A stretch of DNA of 64,000 bases from Octopus vulgaris (GCA_951406725.2 OX597833.1:72354001-72418000), one strand, 5' to 3'. Counted from the first letter of the stretch, positions 41,864 through 53,242 are shown. Notes: generated by a model from the letters alone, not told the origin. Program-made: numbers and translations.

Positions 41864-44800
41864 ATCGCCATGAGAGAGATGTTGGACATAAGAAACATAG
41901 GATGTGGCGTGCAAGAGAGAGACGTTTGCACTGGTATGGTCATTTACTACAGATGGATGAGGAGAAATGTGTGAAGAAGTGCCACTCCCAAACAAATGAA
42001 GAAATCTGGAGTAGAGGTAGACCCAGGAAGACATGGGATGAGGTGGTCAAGCATGACCTTCGAATGTTGGGCCTCACAGAGGCAATGGCAAAAGGCCAAG
42101 ACCTCTGGAGAAATGCTGTGACTGCGAAGACCCGGCAAATAAAGTGAGTTCACGGTTGTATCCTACACCAGTTTCACACAACCAGCCTCAGCCCATTCAA
42201 AAGGACCTTGGATCCCCCAGAATTATAGATTTGATAATTACTTGCCGATCTTCTCATAATTCATTGGTGGTGGTCTGGAACATCCAGAACAAGCCCCCCC
42301 CTCCATCGACCCCTCGAGGGAATCACTAATGTACAAAGTGTTAAACATAACGATAGTAACTTACTGTTTGGAAGTGCATTTATTTGGTTGTTGTAGTAAA
42401 TGAATCGATTAGCAGCCCCTGGATGGGAAGCATTCACTGGAAGGATTTCGTTCTCCAAACCAAGGTCGTGCATCTGTAAAATTGACATTTATTAACAAAT
42501 AAATACGCAAAAGCAGGAGCAGTTTTAACGAAGTCATTTCACACCACCCGTCCACCTACCTCACGATGCGATTTCATCCAAGTGGGGGGGAGGGAGAACG
42601 GGCACTAGATGCAGGACTGAAAATATTTACCTTTCCTTCTTTGAAGCCCTGATAGTGTCATAAGGGTATATACAGCAGGTCAATGGGGTGGTTGAAATGT
42701 GACAGAACTCATCTCTTTTTAAATATGACCACAGTCAAAGAAAAGATGGTGGAGAATAAACAACCCCCAGGGGTAGATTGGCTCTTAATAAATCAACCTT
42801 GAGAGGTTGAAAGGCAAAGCTGACCTAGGGCAGAATTTGATCACAGATCACAGGGGAACCATTACAATGATGAGGAGGAATTCTATCTGATGCTCTACTG
42901 ATTCTGTTCTGATAATTTGTAAAGTGGTTGGCATTAGGAAAGGCATCCAGCTGTAGAAACCAAGTGAAATCAGGCTGGAACCCAGAACAACTCTCCAGCT
43001 TGCCAGTTCTGGTCAAACTGTCCAACCCATGCCAGCATGGAAAACAGACATTAAATGATGATGATAGTATACAAAACAAGCTTTTTTTTCAAAAAAATGT
43101 TGATTAAGAAGCTTCCATTAAATTTCATGTAAATTCATCTTCCAAACACCAGATTATTAATAACTTAATAATGACAAGCGTATTTGACTAAATTCTTCAT
43201 TATTTTCAAAATTAATTAACAAAGGCAGTGGATCTCAACAGACATATTTGATGATGATGATGATGATGATGATAGGGTAAATAGGTAGATTGTTCCAGTT
43301 CCTCAGATTCTCTGTCTATAATAAGCTTTGCACCCATTCACCTCCGAACTGATTATACCACCACCACTCCAGTTATCAACATGTCAGTTTATCAAGTATA
43401 AATCAAATGATGATGACACAGCACAATGGACCAACTGGTTGACCTGGAAGCTACTCACAAGTGTCAGGGTGTTGTAAGCCGTTTTGCCTGTTGCCCGAAT
43501 GCTCTGAGGACCGTGGTCCCATGTAGCCCCATCCGAATGTTGAGTTGTGTTCAGCCAGCCCCCTAACTGCTTGCTCCCTTCCAACAGCAGCACCTGCAAG
43601 TAAACAGAGTTAAGATCTTTAGAAACAGATAATTGTAAACATACACAATAGGCTACGGTCAGGCTGGAGTAGAGCTTTCAAGAGTTTTACATAGACACAT
43701 CACAGACATTGCTACAAACGATTTTGACTTTTCTCTCTTCTTCCATATTTTTGTTTTTTTCTGTTCAAATTTGGTTTCCATTTCTCCAAAATCAGTATAA
43801 CAAGTACCAGTAATTTGTTGGGGTTGATTCAATTTACAGCGCTCCCACCATGCATCTATCAAAAACTAGAACAGTCAAATATTGCTTTGTTAAAAGAAAT
43901 CACTATATTTATTGAGATTATTATTATTATTATTATTATTATTATAATGTTCTGCTGAGGTCACCTTTGCCTTCCATCCTTTCAGGATGTTTATACAAAT
44001 ACCCCTCAAACGGCGAAGATAACGATTATAAAGAAATTTGTGAGGAAAAGTTTTTCCAAGGAGGTGGGGAGAAGAGTTTCGGAAAAACGGATTTTCGGGT
44101 CAGGAAGAACACATTAGTTGAAATTTCTGTTCTGACGGGGAATTTTTCCCATTAATTTTTCCCTACAGCCTTCGAAATGGTGGCGTGGGAGGGGAGGCAT
44201 CGCTTGTATGAAAAAAGTTTAAAAATTTTTTTATCCCCCTCCTCCCCCTCCAGACCGATTTAAGCCAATTTTTTTTTTGCACTCAAAAAATTTGTGAGGA
44301 GCCTTTTCGGCACGAAAAAAAAAGAAAAACAATTATAAATATTTTCAGAGGAAATAAGGGAGATTTGACTGTTGTTTCTAGCACATCCCAAGCTCACCCT
44401 CCACGTTTCTTTTCCATTCTCGAAGGTTTTGATGTTTTTCAATATTTTCCTCCCGTAAACACATTTATGCCATAATAAAAAAAATTTGAAAATCTATGAT
44501 TTTTTTCAACCCCTCCCCAGATTGTTTCTGTTTATGATTTAGAAAACTGGAGAAACTGAGAAGATCGTTGCTGGGCATTTGTTCACAGAGATTTTTTTTT
44601 TTCAAATGAGGGGTAAATTTATCAATTAATATAAATTCCTATCCTACTTCTCACCAAATCAACAAGAGAACCTTGAAAAGGGTTTTTCGATCGACTGGAA
44701 ACAACATCTAAACGTCCCTCAAATCACAAAATGAGATGAGAAAAATAAACGAGGTGGATTACATAACCGAGGAGAATGTCTTTGATCATGGGTCGACGCA

Positions 44801-45288
44801 CCACCGAGCGGCGGCGCAGGTCGGGGCTAAACAATGTCCAGCACCGGTCCTTCATTTTAGGGATCTAAAAAAATAAGGCATTTTGTTCGGTACTAATGAA
44901 ATAGCAGTCAATTCCTCCCGGGTCATAATACTTCTATCTTCAAGAGACGAAGGACAGATTAATGTAATCCCAGATAACAACTGATAAGAAAAAAAAAAGA
45001 GACTAAAATAAATAAATAAACGAGAATGACACGGCTGGAACGTCACCGTTCACAGGTCTGCTGGATCATAGTTGACCTGTGGTTAAACAATAATATATAT
45101 TGCTATAGAAAGATGGCCATCACGTGGAGAGATTGATATTATTATTGAACTATTGGCGATCGATCGACTGGTTTCGAGGAGATTAAAAAACAAGCAACAC
45201 TTACTTTGGAAAATTTCGGTATGTTTCGTAAATAATAGGCAGCAGACAATCCACTTATGCCTCCCCCTAAAACTACGGCTGTACTCAT
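31099..45288 (-). CDS. PPOX: Protoporphyrinogen oxidase gene, 11 coding exons, 1422 nt / 473 aa: join(45288-45205,43593-43459,42473-42365,41478-41336,40866-40728,38648-38455,37652-37592,35927-35809,34408-34295,32763-32614,31272-31099)
   Basis: All introns are GT-AG and phases are consistent. Motifs match human PPOX/HemY: VLGGGISGL (FAD GxGxxG), LLLE..QLGGW, ANRFIY, MCRGIFAGD, GFGHLLP, VMMGG, CIPHY, GINDCI. Confidence 0.95.
31998..32379 (+). mobile_element. SINE with family-B tRNA head and RTE-type (GAT)n tail (family C)
   Basis: ggttcagtcccactgc head, then ggttgg..caggaag.gcatc and ggaaaagtggac..atgatgatgat. Other copies at ~2550-2950, 17600-17910 and 25690-25920. Confidence 0.65.
32614..32763 (-). 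CDS. PPOX: PPOX exon 10 (VMMGGSWFDRL...HVFIHK)
   Basis: cag|GTT acceptor, AAG|gtaagt donor; 150 nt. Confidence 0.92.
33544..33583 (-). ncRNA. Minimal type-I hammerhead ribozyme-like motif (Penelope-type) with G12A substitution
   Basis: Minus strand reads UUUA-CUGAUGA-GGUUUU(aau)AAGACC-aAAA-CAUG-UC-UAGA: catalytic core, helix II, palindromic ACAUGU helix III, GUC triplet, short helix I. Confidence 0.55.
34295..34408 (-). CDS. PPOX: PPOX exon 9 (GFGHLLPSKESRHFLGIIYNSCVFPAHDRSDSPSTRFT)
   Basis: cag|GGA acceptor, ACT|gtaagt donor; 114 nt. GFGHL.P motif. Confidence 0.92.
35809..35927 (-). CDS. PPOX: PPOX exon 8 (DLKGLLSEDQKLLHQNLGLIPAADVVLVNLEFEGNVPTLK)
   Basis: cag|AT acceptor, AAG|gtaacg donor; 119 nt. 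Confidence 0.9.
37592..37652 (-). CDS. PPOX: PPOX exon 7 (VHTKEESFEADHVFSALFAG)
   Basis: cag|GTT acceptor, G|gtatgg donor; 61 nt. EADHV.SA motif; too short to appear in the ORF track. Confidence 0.88.
38455..38648 (-). CDS. PPOX: PPOX exon 6 (...ENWRLYSLKNGLQQLVETM...GKAK)
   Basis: tag|AT acceptor, AAG|gtgagt donor; 194 nt. W..YSL..GL..L motif. Confidence 0.9.
38750..39030 (+). mobile_element. Dispersed repeat family E (gctagaaatagcagccaaatctccctcaaa..., (CAA)n tail)
   Basis: The same motif recurs at ~4510-4680(-), 9150-9290, 15730-15890, 24220-24400, 44680-44835, 53015-53150, 56190-56290(-) and 58440-58550. Confidence 0.65.
39050..40200 (+). mobile_element. Highly degraded CR1/Zenon-like LINE fragment in PPOX intron 5
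   Basis: Broken motifs SHI..G, IQRKVIHFI, QSLAH and NG..SLELAGLIP, typical of the post-RT region of Zenon-like CR1 elements. Confidence 0.5.
40728..40866 (-). CDS. PPOX: PPOX exon 5 (VADVLINSMCRGIFAGDIRHLSLQACFPYL...)
   Basis: cag|GTT acceptor, G|gtaaaa donor; 139 nt. CRGIFAGD motif (human R168 region). Confidence 0.92.
41336..41478 (-). CDS. PPOX: PPOX exon 4 (LLGILKKPPF...EETIYDFINRRFGSE)
   Basis: tag|GT acceptor completing a Ser codon, GAG|gtttgt donor; 143 nt. Confidence 0.9.
41869..42140 (+). mobile_element. RTE LINE ORF2 C-terminal fragment in PPOX intron 3
   Basis: ERRLHWYGHLLQMDEEKCVKKC...RGRPRKTWDEVVKHDL, homologous to 21480-21700. Confidence 0.85.
42365..42473 (-). CDS. PPOX: PPOX exon 3 (MHDLGLENEILPVNASHPGAANRFIYYNNQINALPN)
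   Basis: cag|ATG acceptor, A|gtaagt donor; 109 nt. Contains the Arg equivalent to human R97. Confidence 0.92.
43459..43593 (-). CDS. PPOX: PPOX exon 2 (VLLLEGSKQLGGWLN...DHGPQSIRATGKTAYNTLTL)
   Basis: cag|GTG acceptor, CTT|gtgagt donor; 135 nt. Confidence 0.93.
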
Positions 45289-45900
45289 CTTTCCTTTGTG
45301 AAACCGTTTAAATAAAACGAAATCTTAAAAAATATTATCAGAAAGTAAAAACGGTCTCTGAATGCAGGCCCGGGTCGTTATCCGCTGCATGTGGGTCGAT
45401 CACAAGCGGGGGTGTGTGTGTATATATATACACATATATAGATATAGAGACACAGGGTCGACCGGTGTAGGGGGAAAAACAAGTTTTATCTTACTGTATA
45501 TGCAGTGCAACCGGTGTCATGGAAATGGGAGGCCCTCGTTCAAATAAATCCTAGATACATCTGTCGACGATGTAAAATATAGTTTATTATCAATCCCCCC
45601 CCCCTCCGACTTGACTTGCCTGAAACACATCCACACTTATTGTCCGCATTTGTCGAAATAGTAATTAAAATATCATTTATTAATATTGATTTCCCCCTCC
45701 CGCCTCTTCGGCATATAATTAGTTCTAATTAATTTTATGCTTTCTGCAAACCTCAGATGTGTGTGAGAGAGAGAGAGAGTAAATTAGTAAAGTTAGTTAA
45801 TTATTAACAGCGCTGGGTTAATCATTAAACCAAATAAATACCAGAGTCGGGCTGGAGGTCTTCAACGAACGAATACGCCCCCAACCCCGCCTCATATTAG
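44780..45900 (-). promoter_or_regulatory. CpG-richer promoter/first-exon region of PPOX
   Basis: By eye, CpG dinucleotides are more frequent around the PPOX start codon than in the flanks. No TSS can be fixed. Confidence 0.45.
45205..45288 (-). CDS. PPOX: PPOX exon 1 (MSTAVVLGGGISGLSAAYYLRNIPKFSK)
   Basis: ATG at 45288, Rossmann GxGxxG motif, donor AAA|gtaagt; 84 nt, phase 0. Confidence 0.93.
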
Positions 45901-46029
45901 TAATTTGTTTTACATTATCCGCCTTCCTCACCCCCTACCCCACTTTAACAATAAACTAAACAGAATCCCCCTCCCTTTTTTTTTGCCGTGTTGTTGACCA
46001 AATGTGAAAACCTTTAAGCCCCTGAATTT

Positions 46030-48050
46030 TATGAAATATGGCAAGTTCCCTGCCTCCTTTCCACTATCCATCGGCTACCCTTTGAAGGACATCAACGAAG
46101 ACTGTCAGCCAGAGAAAGGGACCCTACGGAGTGGGTCATTATTTTGAAGACTGAATTTGCCAGAAAATGTGCAGCTGAACCGGAATCCCACAACAAAATA
46201 GCAACGATGTAAAATGTAGCTGAAATGGATGCCACGCTGAATAAACACAGCTTTGAAAGTGATGTCCGAAGCTGGACTGGTTCACTTTTGGGCTTTGATG
46301 GTTGTTGGACCAGTAATTGGTCGAGAAAAGAGAATCTAAACAAAAGGGTGCTGTGGAGATGATTGTAAAATGATGCCTAGGGCTCTCAGGAGGGTTGATC
46401 AAAGGATTTGACCTGCAGCTGTGAGAAGTCTGTGTGTCTTCAGAGAAGAATAAGGAAGATGTCCTTGCCAGGGTGAGGAAAACCTATTGGGGTCGCTGAG
46501 GGAGGTAACCACTGCATACCGCTCGGAGGTGAAGAGGAACCATGCCAGGCATTATGTCGGGGTGGGCAGAACGTTGTTATTGGTCAGAAAGCTTGATCCT
46601 GATGTCATTAGGGAAATTTTTTGGAAAATGGTTAGAAGCTGTGACAGGGGTCAGTCAGTCGTCCCCACATCAAGTGTGCATGTGTAATCTGGGAGGTCGT
46701 TATCCTTGCTAGGGAAGGCCGAGGTTGCACAGGTGTTTATAGAATCGGTGATAACCTACCGTCTAACCGTTGTGCCTTGCCCCAGTTTGTGACTGACCAA
46801 GCTGGAACGGATCTTTTTCCGCTTTTTGTGGAAGGGGAAACCACTTGTGAGGCGCTCCATTTGCTGTCAGAAACTGTTACAGGGTGGACTGAGGATGCCT
46901 TGGTTGTTAATGCGCAAGTATGCGTTGAGGCTGAGGCACCTCCGGCGCTACCTGGATGGTGAGCAGGTGTGGTCACCGTATACCAAACAGCTTTTTCCAT
47001 AATTGGAGTCCCTCAGGGACTTAGGCACATGGATCAGGCGGAGACCTAAGATGGGGGAATGGCAGAGGAAGTGCAGACAAGCGCTTAGTCTGTTCTCCAG
47101 GGCGAGCAGTGCCGGCAGTGAGGTTACCACTGCGGATTTTTATAGAGGGTTGGTAGAGTTTACGTCTGACAACGTCCTGGGGGAGACGCTTGGCCTGGAT
47201 GACGAACAACTAACCAGCCTGTTCGAGGGGACATTCGGGCCGAGGTATCTGGATAATTTCCAGAAATACTTGGCTTGGCTGTGCTATCGTTCGGCCTTAC
47301 CAGTTCGAGAGAGGTTGTCCAGACACGGTTATAACCCCCACCTCCCACATGTCTGAGGTGCAGGCGCGTCTGTGAAACTGTCGCGCACACTTTCGTACAC
47401 TGAGGGGAGTTGAAGGGGTCGGTAGCCTATGTCGAACAACTGATGTCGGATGGAGAAGGAGTACGGCTCTCGACTGAGCCCATAGTTAAGATTGTACCGC
47501 CTCCCTCTCTTAATAAGGAAAGGAAGGCAGCTTTCTTCTGCGTAAGTAGCCATACTGAAAGAGACAGTGTGGAGGACACGCGGAAAAAGGGATTGAGACA
47601 GGTTACTTTATCTCCGGACAGGGATTGGAAAATCGGTTTAACTTCCACCTCGTGAGGAAGATCCGTCTGGAGAGGAAGTACCTGCCTCATAGCGTGTATG
47701 AGAAAAGATGGAAAATTGTGGTAAGAAAGTTGAGTAGGTAGGGGCCGTGCTGGTATAGCCGGCCAATGAAGAAGAAAGAGGGAAACAATCTTTTGGGGCC
47801 AAAAAATAAGGAAAAAACGAAGGTTCGAAACTGGCGAGTTGAAATAAAACCCGGGAGAAAAATTTATATATAAATTAATTTTAACTCCATACTCATTAAA
47901 CAATTTTAACCCACAACGCTTTTTCATCTTTAACTTTACATTCGTAATCACAGCAGTATGGAGTCCCCTCCTCTGTAATGTCCGTTGTTTGTTCTCGACC
48001 CATCCTTGTTTTATATCTTTGTATGCCCTTTTATAGGCGAATAAAAGAAA
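46030..48050 (+). mobile_element. L1/Tx1-clade LINE remnant upstream of PPOX (RT core apparently deleted)
   Basis: LSLLGKAEVAQVF..YRLTVVPCP..LERIFFRFLWKG..GGL.MP post-RT signature, LAWLCYRSALPVRERL, and a C.RC..ETVAHTF zinc knuckle. AATAAA at ~48040. Confidence 0.8.
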
Positions 48051-48436
48051 TCACTCCTGTCTGTCGGTTCCTAGTAATGCATTGAGCCACGCCACTCGCA
48101 TACAAACCTGCAGGCGCGCATATTCGCCTCATTTTGCTTTGAGACATAATTGCAAAATATGTTCCTGTGATGTTACAAGCCTTTCCTTCAATTAACCTTA
48201 TTTGTTAACGTATTACATCCAGTAATCAATATGCTATGACTTATTAGAAACGTCTCGGAAATTCTTAGTTTCTTGTCGTTTACGTACAAGATGGTGACCC
48301 CCCCTCTTTCTCGCATGCTTATAAAATTATAGGATGTCACATACTGACATCACTATATGTCTGTCGGACTGCAGCCATAGCTTCGTAATCCAGGCCTTCT
48401 GTTATTGGGACTAGGTAGGTGTGAGAGCAGGTGGGG

Positions 48437-48690
48437 CCTCGAGAGAGCGCGTCAGTGGCCAGGTTGCCTTTCCCAGCTATGGTGTACTCAGAAACGGCCA
48501 ATGGCTGTCGTTGCTGGCGTCCAGACCAAGGCTCCCAGAGCTTTCTCGTAGCAAGGGTGAGTGGTTTGCGAACACTGTAAACGTGCGGCTATCAAGAAAA
48601 TAGCGAAAGTGGCGGACACCTGGATGGACAGCCAGCAGTTCCCTGTCAAAAGCACTGCGTTTCTGCCTACTTCGCTGCACGGAGCGAAAG
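48437..48690 (-). mobile_element. Ty3/gypsy pol RNase H fragment
   Basis: SAFDRELLAV..GVRHFRYFLDSRTFTVFANHSPL, then in another frame RQQR..SEY..GKGNLATDALSR. Confidence 0.8.
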
Positions 48691-49669
48691 CTGTTGCTCT
48701 TCGGTGGGGGTTCCGCTGCTGGCGCCGCACGCTTTTCGTTTCGTTTCACTTTCAATAGTTTACCTATCCAAAAGAAAAAAAAAGAAAACCGAGACTCAGA
48801 ATGTGTTGGCGAAAGATTTATTTAATTAAACACACGAGGGCGACAGTCACCTCCAACTTCGCCACAGACCGGTTCCCTAGCTGGCCCGCAGCTAAGTTCC
48901 CATCTACAGGTCGTCTGTCATAAATCTTTGGGCAGTGCACCCCCCCTACAAGGCGCTACTTTAGAGCAGCAACGCTTAGGCTGAATGCAAATGGAAACAC
49001 AGAAACACTGTTGAACAATCAAAGCCATAGCCGAAAGAAGGTCTATCTTCCTGATGGAAGCAGTGTTCTGGTACAAAATGTTGCCTCAGACAGTCCAGGC
49101 GGAGGAAATAGTGTCCCAGGGAGTTGTGCTCCAGTGAGGCATTCAAGCGTAGCACCAACTGGTACTGGAAGAGAGGACGGGCTTGCAATCTATTCAGATC
49201 GAAGGTGAAATTTGAGTGAAGTCATCCGATGTGGTTTGTACGTCCCACAATGGGTAAAGCGAAGGTGGATTGATAGCGTGTTTATGGAGAGATACCAGCA
49301 CATCAGATAATGAAGTGTGGTGGCAGATGAGAAGAATCTGAGACGAGTTCTGCAATTTCACAGTCACAGAAGGAGCGGCGCCCGTCTTGCTGAACGAGCA
49401 ACTATAAGATGATGGGGGGGGGGGACAGGCTGGATTTTTCGATTGTGTCCAAAGACAGAAACAATTGAAGAATTGGGTGGTGCACGAGGAAATATCTTGA
49501 CTGTTGTTCAGTCGTGTGTTGGTGGTGTCATTTTCACATTCCTTTATTTTCCATCTTCGTTATTCTGGTTAAAATAAATGATCTTGAGACCAGGTGTGTG
49601 TGTGGGGGCGGGTGTGTGAAATGGGGAGGAACGGAGGTGGGGGTGGCTGAGGGCGTTCTTAACATTTTA

Positions 49670-49783
49670 CCGGAAGTAGATGTCGTTAGTGAGCACCAAC
49701 AGCCAGAAGTGAACCAAATGTTGTCTCGACGTTCTCCTCTTCAATTTGACCTGGTCCCTTTTTCACCTGTGCTTAAGGTAAGG
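49670..49783 (+). other. Candidate promoter and first exon of a divergent + strand transcript
   Basis: ETS-type site CCGGAAGT at 49670-49677, ATG at 49718 (MLSRRSPLQFDLVPFSPVLK), strong donor AAG|gtaagg at 49777/49778. Confidence 0.45.
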
Positions 49784-50611
49784 ACTAATTATTGTTTTCC
49801 TTTTCTTCTCCTAATCCCTTCAACAACATTTTATTATCAACCCTCGACCCTTTTTGACCACAATAGAGCTTTCGGACAAAATACTTTCCAGCATTTGTCT
49901 TTGTGTTCTGAGTTCAAATTCTGTCCAGGTTCACTTCGCCTTTCATCGTTCAGGGTCGATAAATTAAGGGTCAGTCAAGTACTAGGGACAATGTAATCAA
50001 CCAAGCACCCACCCCCAAGTCCCAAGTCTTGTCCATGTAGCAGAAAGGATTATATTATAGCCACATTCACAGCAATAAGTATTATTATTATTATTGGCGA
50101 GTCCTTCCACCCGTTTCATAACACATGAAATTGTTTAATTTCCTTCCAGTTTATTGAATGAGGTGTCAACGTTTTGTCCCACAACTACGACCCAAATGTT
50201 CAGCATTTAGTGTAGTCAAATGCTTCAATTGGTTTCTCCTCTCCTCTGCTTTTATTAACCCCCCCCTCCAGTCAATTGCTTGGCAACTATAAAAGCCTTA
50301 TTATTATTATTATTAAGTTGGCGAGTCCACCCCCCCAGAATTTGAAACCATTAATAATAATAATAATCTTTACCTTTGCCCCTTTTCTACTAAAGGTAGA
50401 AGGCCTAAAATTGTGGGGACCTGGCAATTACATCGACTTCATTGTTACACTCCTAATTTATCGACAAAATGCTTCGCGCTATTTCGATCGTCTTCACGTT
50501 CTGAGTTCAAATTCTGCCGAAGACGACGACTTTGCCTTTCATCTTTTTGGGTTTTGATAATAAGAACCAGCTGGACGTTCCTTCGGCCGAATTATTATTA
50601 TTATTATTATT

Positions 50612-50815
50612 TAAGGCGGCGAGGTGGTAGAATCGTAAGTGGTATTTCGTCTGCCGCTACGTTCTGGGTTCAAACTCCGTCCAGGTCGACTTTTCCTTTC
50701 GTCCTTTCGGGGTCGATAAATTAAGTACCAGTGAAACACTGGGATTGATGTAATCGACTAGCCCCCACCCCCAAATTTCAGGCCTTGTGCCTACAGCAGA
50801 AAGGATTGTTATTAT
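50612..50815 (+). mobile_element. SINE family D with B-box gttcaaa and core cctttc.tcctttcggggtcgataaa.taagtacc; (ATT)n tail
   Basis: Well-preserved copy. Others lie at ~8576-8825, 9730-9900, 10410-10560, 10960-11330, 13490-13670, 27370-27490, 29180-29330(-), 35250-35640(-), 37980-38220(-) and 49860-50060. The core resembles Meta/Sauria-type SINE domains (from memory, unverified). Confidence 0.75.
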
Positions 50816-51731
50816 TAGTAATGAAGCGGTTAATGACCTGTGAATCAGAAATTAGAAAATCCATCCAAATTGTAATGTGGCCACCACCACTGCCACACAC
50901 AGACCAGCTTTAATGGTTCGCCTTGCCATGAATTAGTAAATTTTCCTATTCATATTTTTCTTTTATAACAGTTTTTCTTTAAGTATACAGAAGTTTTAAA
51001 CATTTTCCTGTTGTCCTAGTTTAATTATATTGCTTATAATTAATTAGTGTTAAATCAATATAATTAAAAAGATATTATAGTTTAGTTGGTGGGGTGGGGT
51101 TCTGGCCTAGAAGAGACCTGAATGTTTTTTGCATTCAGCAGTTATTATTTTTAATGCCTTGTTTGTTAGACAATGGAATTTGTTGAAGGGTGGCCATGGT
51201 TGGGTTGCACTTGGGCCTTAATCTGCCCACTCCGTATGGACACCATAGGCATGAAACAGTAACAATATCAAATTCTGTTTTAGGTTTTGTAATGGTGTTA
51301 GAAGACATTTGGTTTTATGTTGACCTGGTGAAATGCTTTGCAAAAATTAGTTTTGGCTCTTTGTGTCTTGTGTTCAAATCCTGCTGGGAGCAAGTATGTC
51401 TTTCATGCTTTCAGGGTTCATAAAAGTCAAGTCCTGGGTTTGATGATATCCCTTAAAAAAAGCTGACCTCGTTTCTGAATCAGAAATAATTACAAGACAT
51501 TTGTTGAAATTCTCGTCATCAATGCCGCAGCCCCTCCTGGAGCTTGTCTGTCAGTGTGGTTCTTTACTCTTCAGTGAAATCAAGGTCCTTATCCTGATTC
51601 ACACTACAGGGGTCCCCCTCTTCCTTGTGAATTGTAGATAATTTAGCACAACTCAGTTAATAGTTGTCAGTCCTTCCCAACGAAACAGGCCATGCAAGAT
51701 GTGGACCATATTGTCATTCATAGCCTATGAG

Positions 51732-51817
51732 ATATTGCTACCTCTAGTTATTAAACTATGTGTGTGCATGTGTGTATATACACATACACATAGTTTAATA
51801 ACTAGAGGTAGCAATAT
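51732..51817. repeat. Perfect 32-bp inverted repeat with 22-nt spacer
   Basis: 51732-51763 atattgctacctctagttattaaactatgtgt is the exact reverse complement of 51786-51817. Confidence 0.95.
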
Positions 51818-53242
51818 ATATATATATTTTGGTGACGTTCTGTGTATATATTTTCCATTTGTTTGTACTTTTCGCTAATTGTTGTAGGTCCTCATATTGT
51901 CATAAATAAATGCACATACACATCCTGTCAACTCTCCTGCTGTTAACCTGGCAGAACCTTCAGGATGTGGCAGATGGAAGGGGAAAGGGCTGCAACAACA
52001 CTAAATCTTACTTGTTTTTCAGCTCAGTAGATTGAGGTCGTTGCCAGTACATTTGAGCGAGGTCATTGCCAGTACCGCCTGACTGGCTCCCGTGCAGGTG
52101 GCACGTATAAAGCACCCACTACACTCTCGGAGTGGTTGGCGTTCAGAAGGGCATCCAGCTGTAGAAACTCTGCCAGATCAAGACTGGAGTCTGGTGCAGC
52201 CATCTGGTTCCCCAGTCCTCAGTCAAAATCGTCCAACCCATGCCAGCATGGAAAGCGGACGTTAAATGATGATGATGATGATATATGCACTGGCATGGCT
52301 GTGATATGAAACTTGCTTCACAATCGTATGGTTCCAGGTTCAGTCCCACTGTGTGGGACATTGGGCAAGTGTCTTCTACTATAGCCCTGGGCCGACCAAA
52401 GCCTTATAATTGAATCTGGAATAAGAAGCCAATTGTGTGTTAATAAAATAACTAAGTTGATTATTTTATGAAGTTGCTTCAATTTCTTTGTAATTTTCAA
52501 AATCAATCAACACACAATAACAGTCTGTTTTCATTGGAAATATGGTCAGGAAAGGATTAATGCCACTACATCACAAGGTAGTTACTCTAAAGTTTATTTT
52601 TCAAGTTATAACTAAAAATAAAAAATTAAAAAAATGAAAAGAAAAGAAATAGTTTGTCAGAAGATAAAAGGGAGTAACATTGACAAGTTTTCTCCATTCA
52701 GTTGTGTGTGTGTAGCTCTGCAATGGGCCGCTTTATATTACAAAGACTGTTGTCAACTCCATTGTTACTTGAGGCAAGACAGCTAGAGTTTTGTCAGCTG
52801 TTTTTTTCCCAAACTCAGTCAACCGTTGGATTTTCAAGGTAAAAGAATCACTATTTTGTGAATGTGGGTAGATTTTCTTCAACCTACTTAGATGCATATA
52901 TTAAGAATGACAGGTTATTGTTAAAACCTCAAAATTGCTGCTGACATTGTTGAGACACTTGCAAAACCGTAACATTAGTGGCCTGTATTAGATTTCTATA
53001 GCTGAGCCTCGAAGTGGTCGCTCAGAATACTAGAAATAGCAGCCCAACCTTTTTCAAATCACACACTACCTTAAAAAAACAATGCATTGGAAAAAGGTGG
53101 TCATGGCTAGAATGCCTTTGATCATAGATCTTCTCAGTTGAGGTTGACTAGGGATCAACTCTCAACCTGCCTAAGATCAACCCTGATTCTGTGTTACAAA
53201 CTGTCTTTTAAAGTGATCTAAATTAAAACTTTCTTCTTCGTC

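Noticed and set aside
48800-48975. Possible LTR remnant next to the gypsy fragment
   Set aside because: Only an AATAAA..ACA pattern on the minus strand; no second LTR, PBS or TSD is identifiable.
51804-51811. let-7-like seed AGAGGUAG in the hairpin arm
   Set aside because: It lies near the base of the 3' arm, which does not fit Drosha/Dicer geometry, and the rest does not match let-7.
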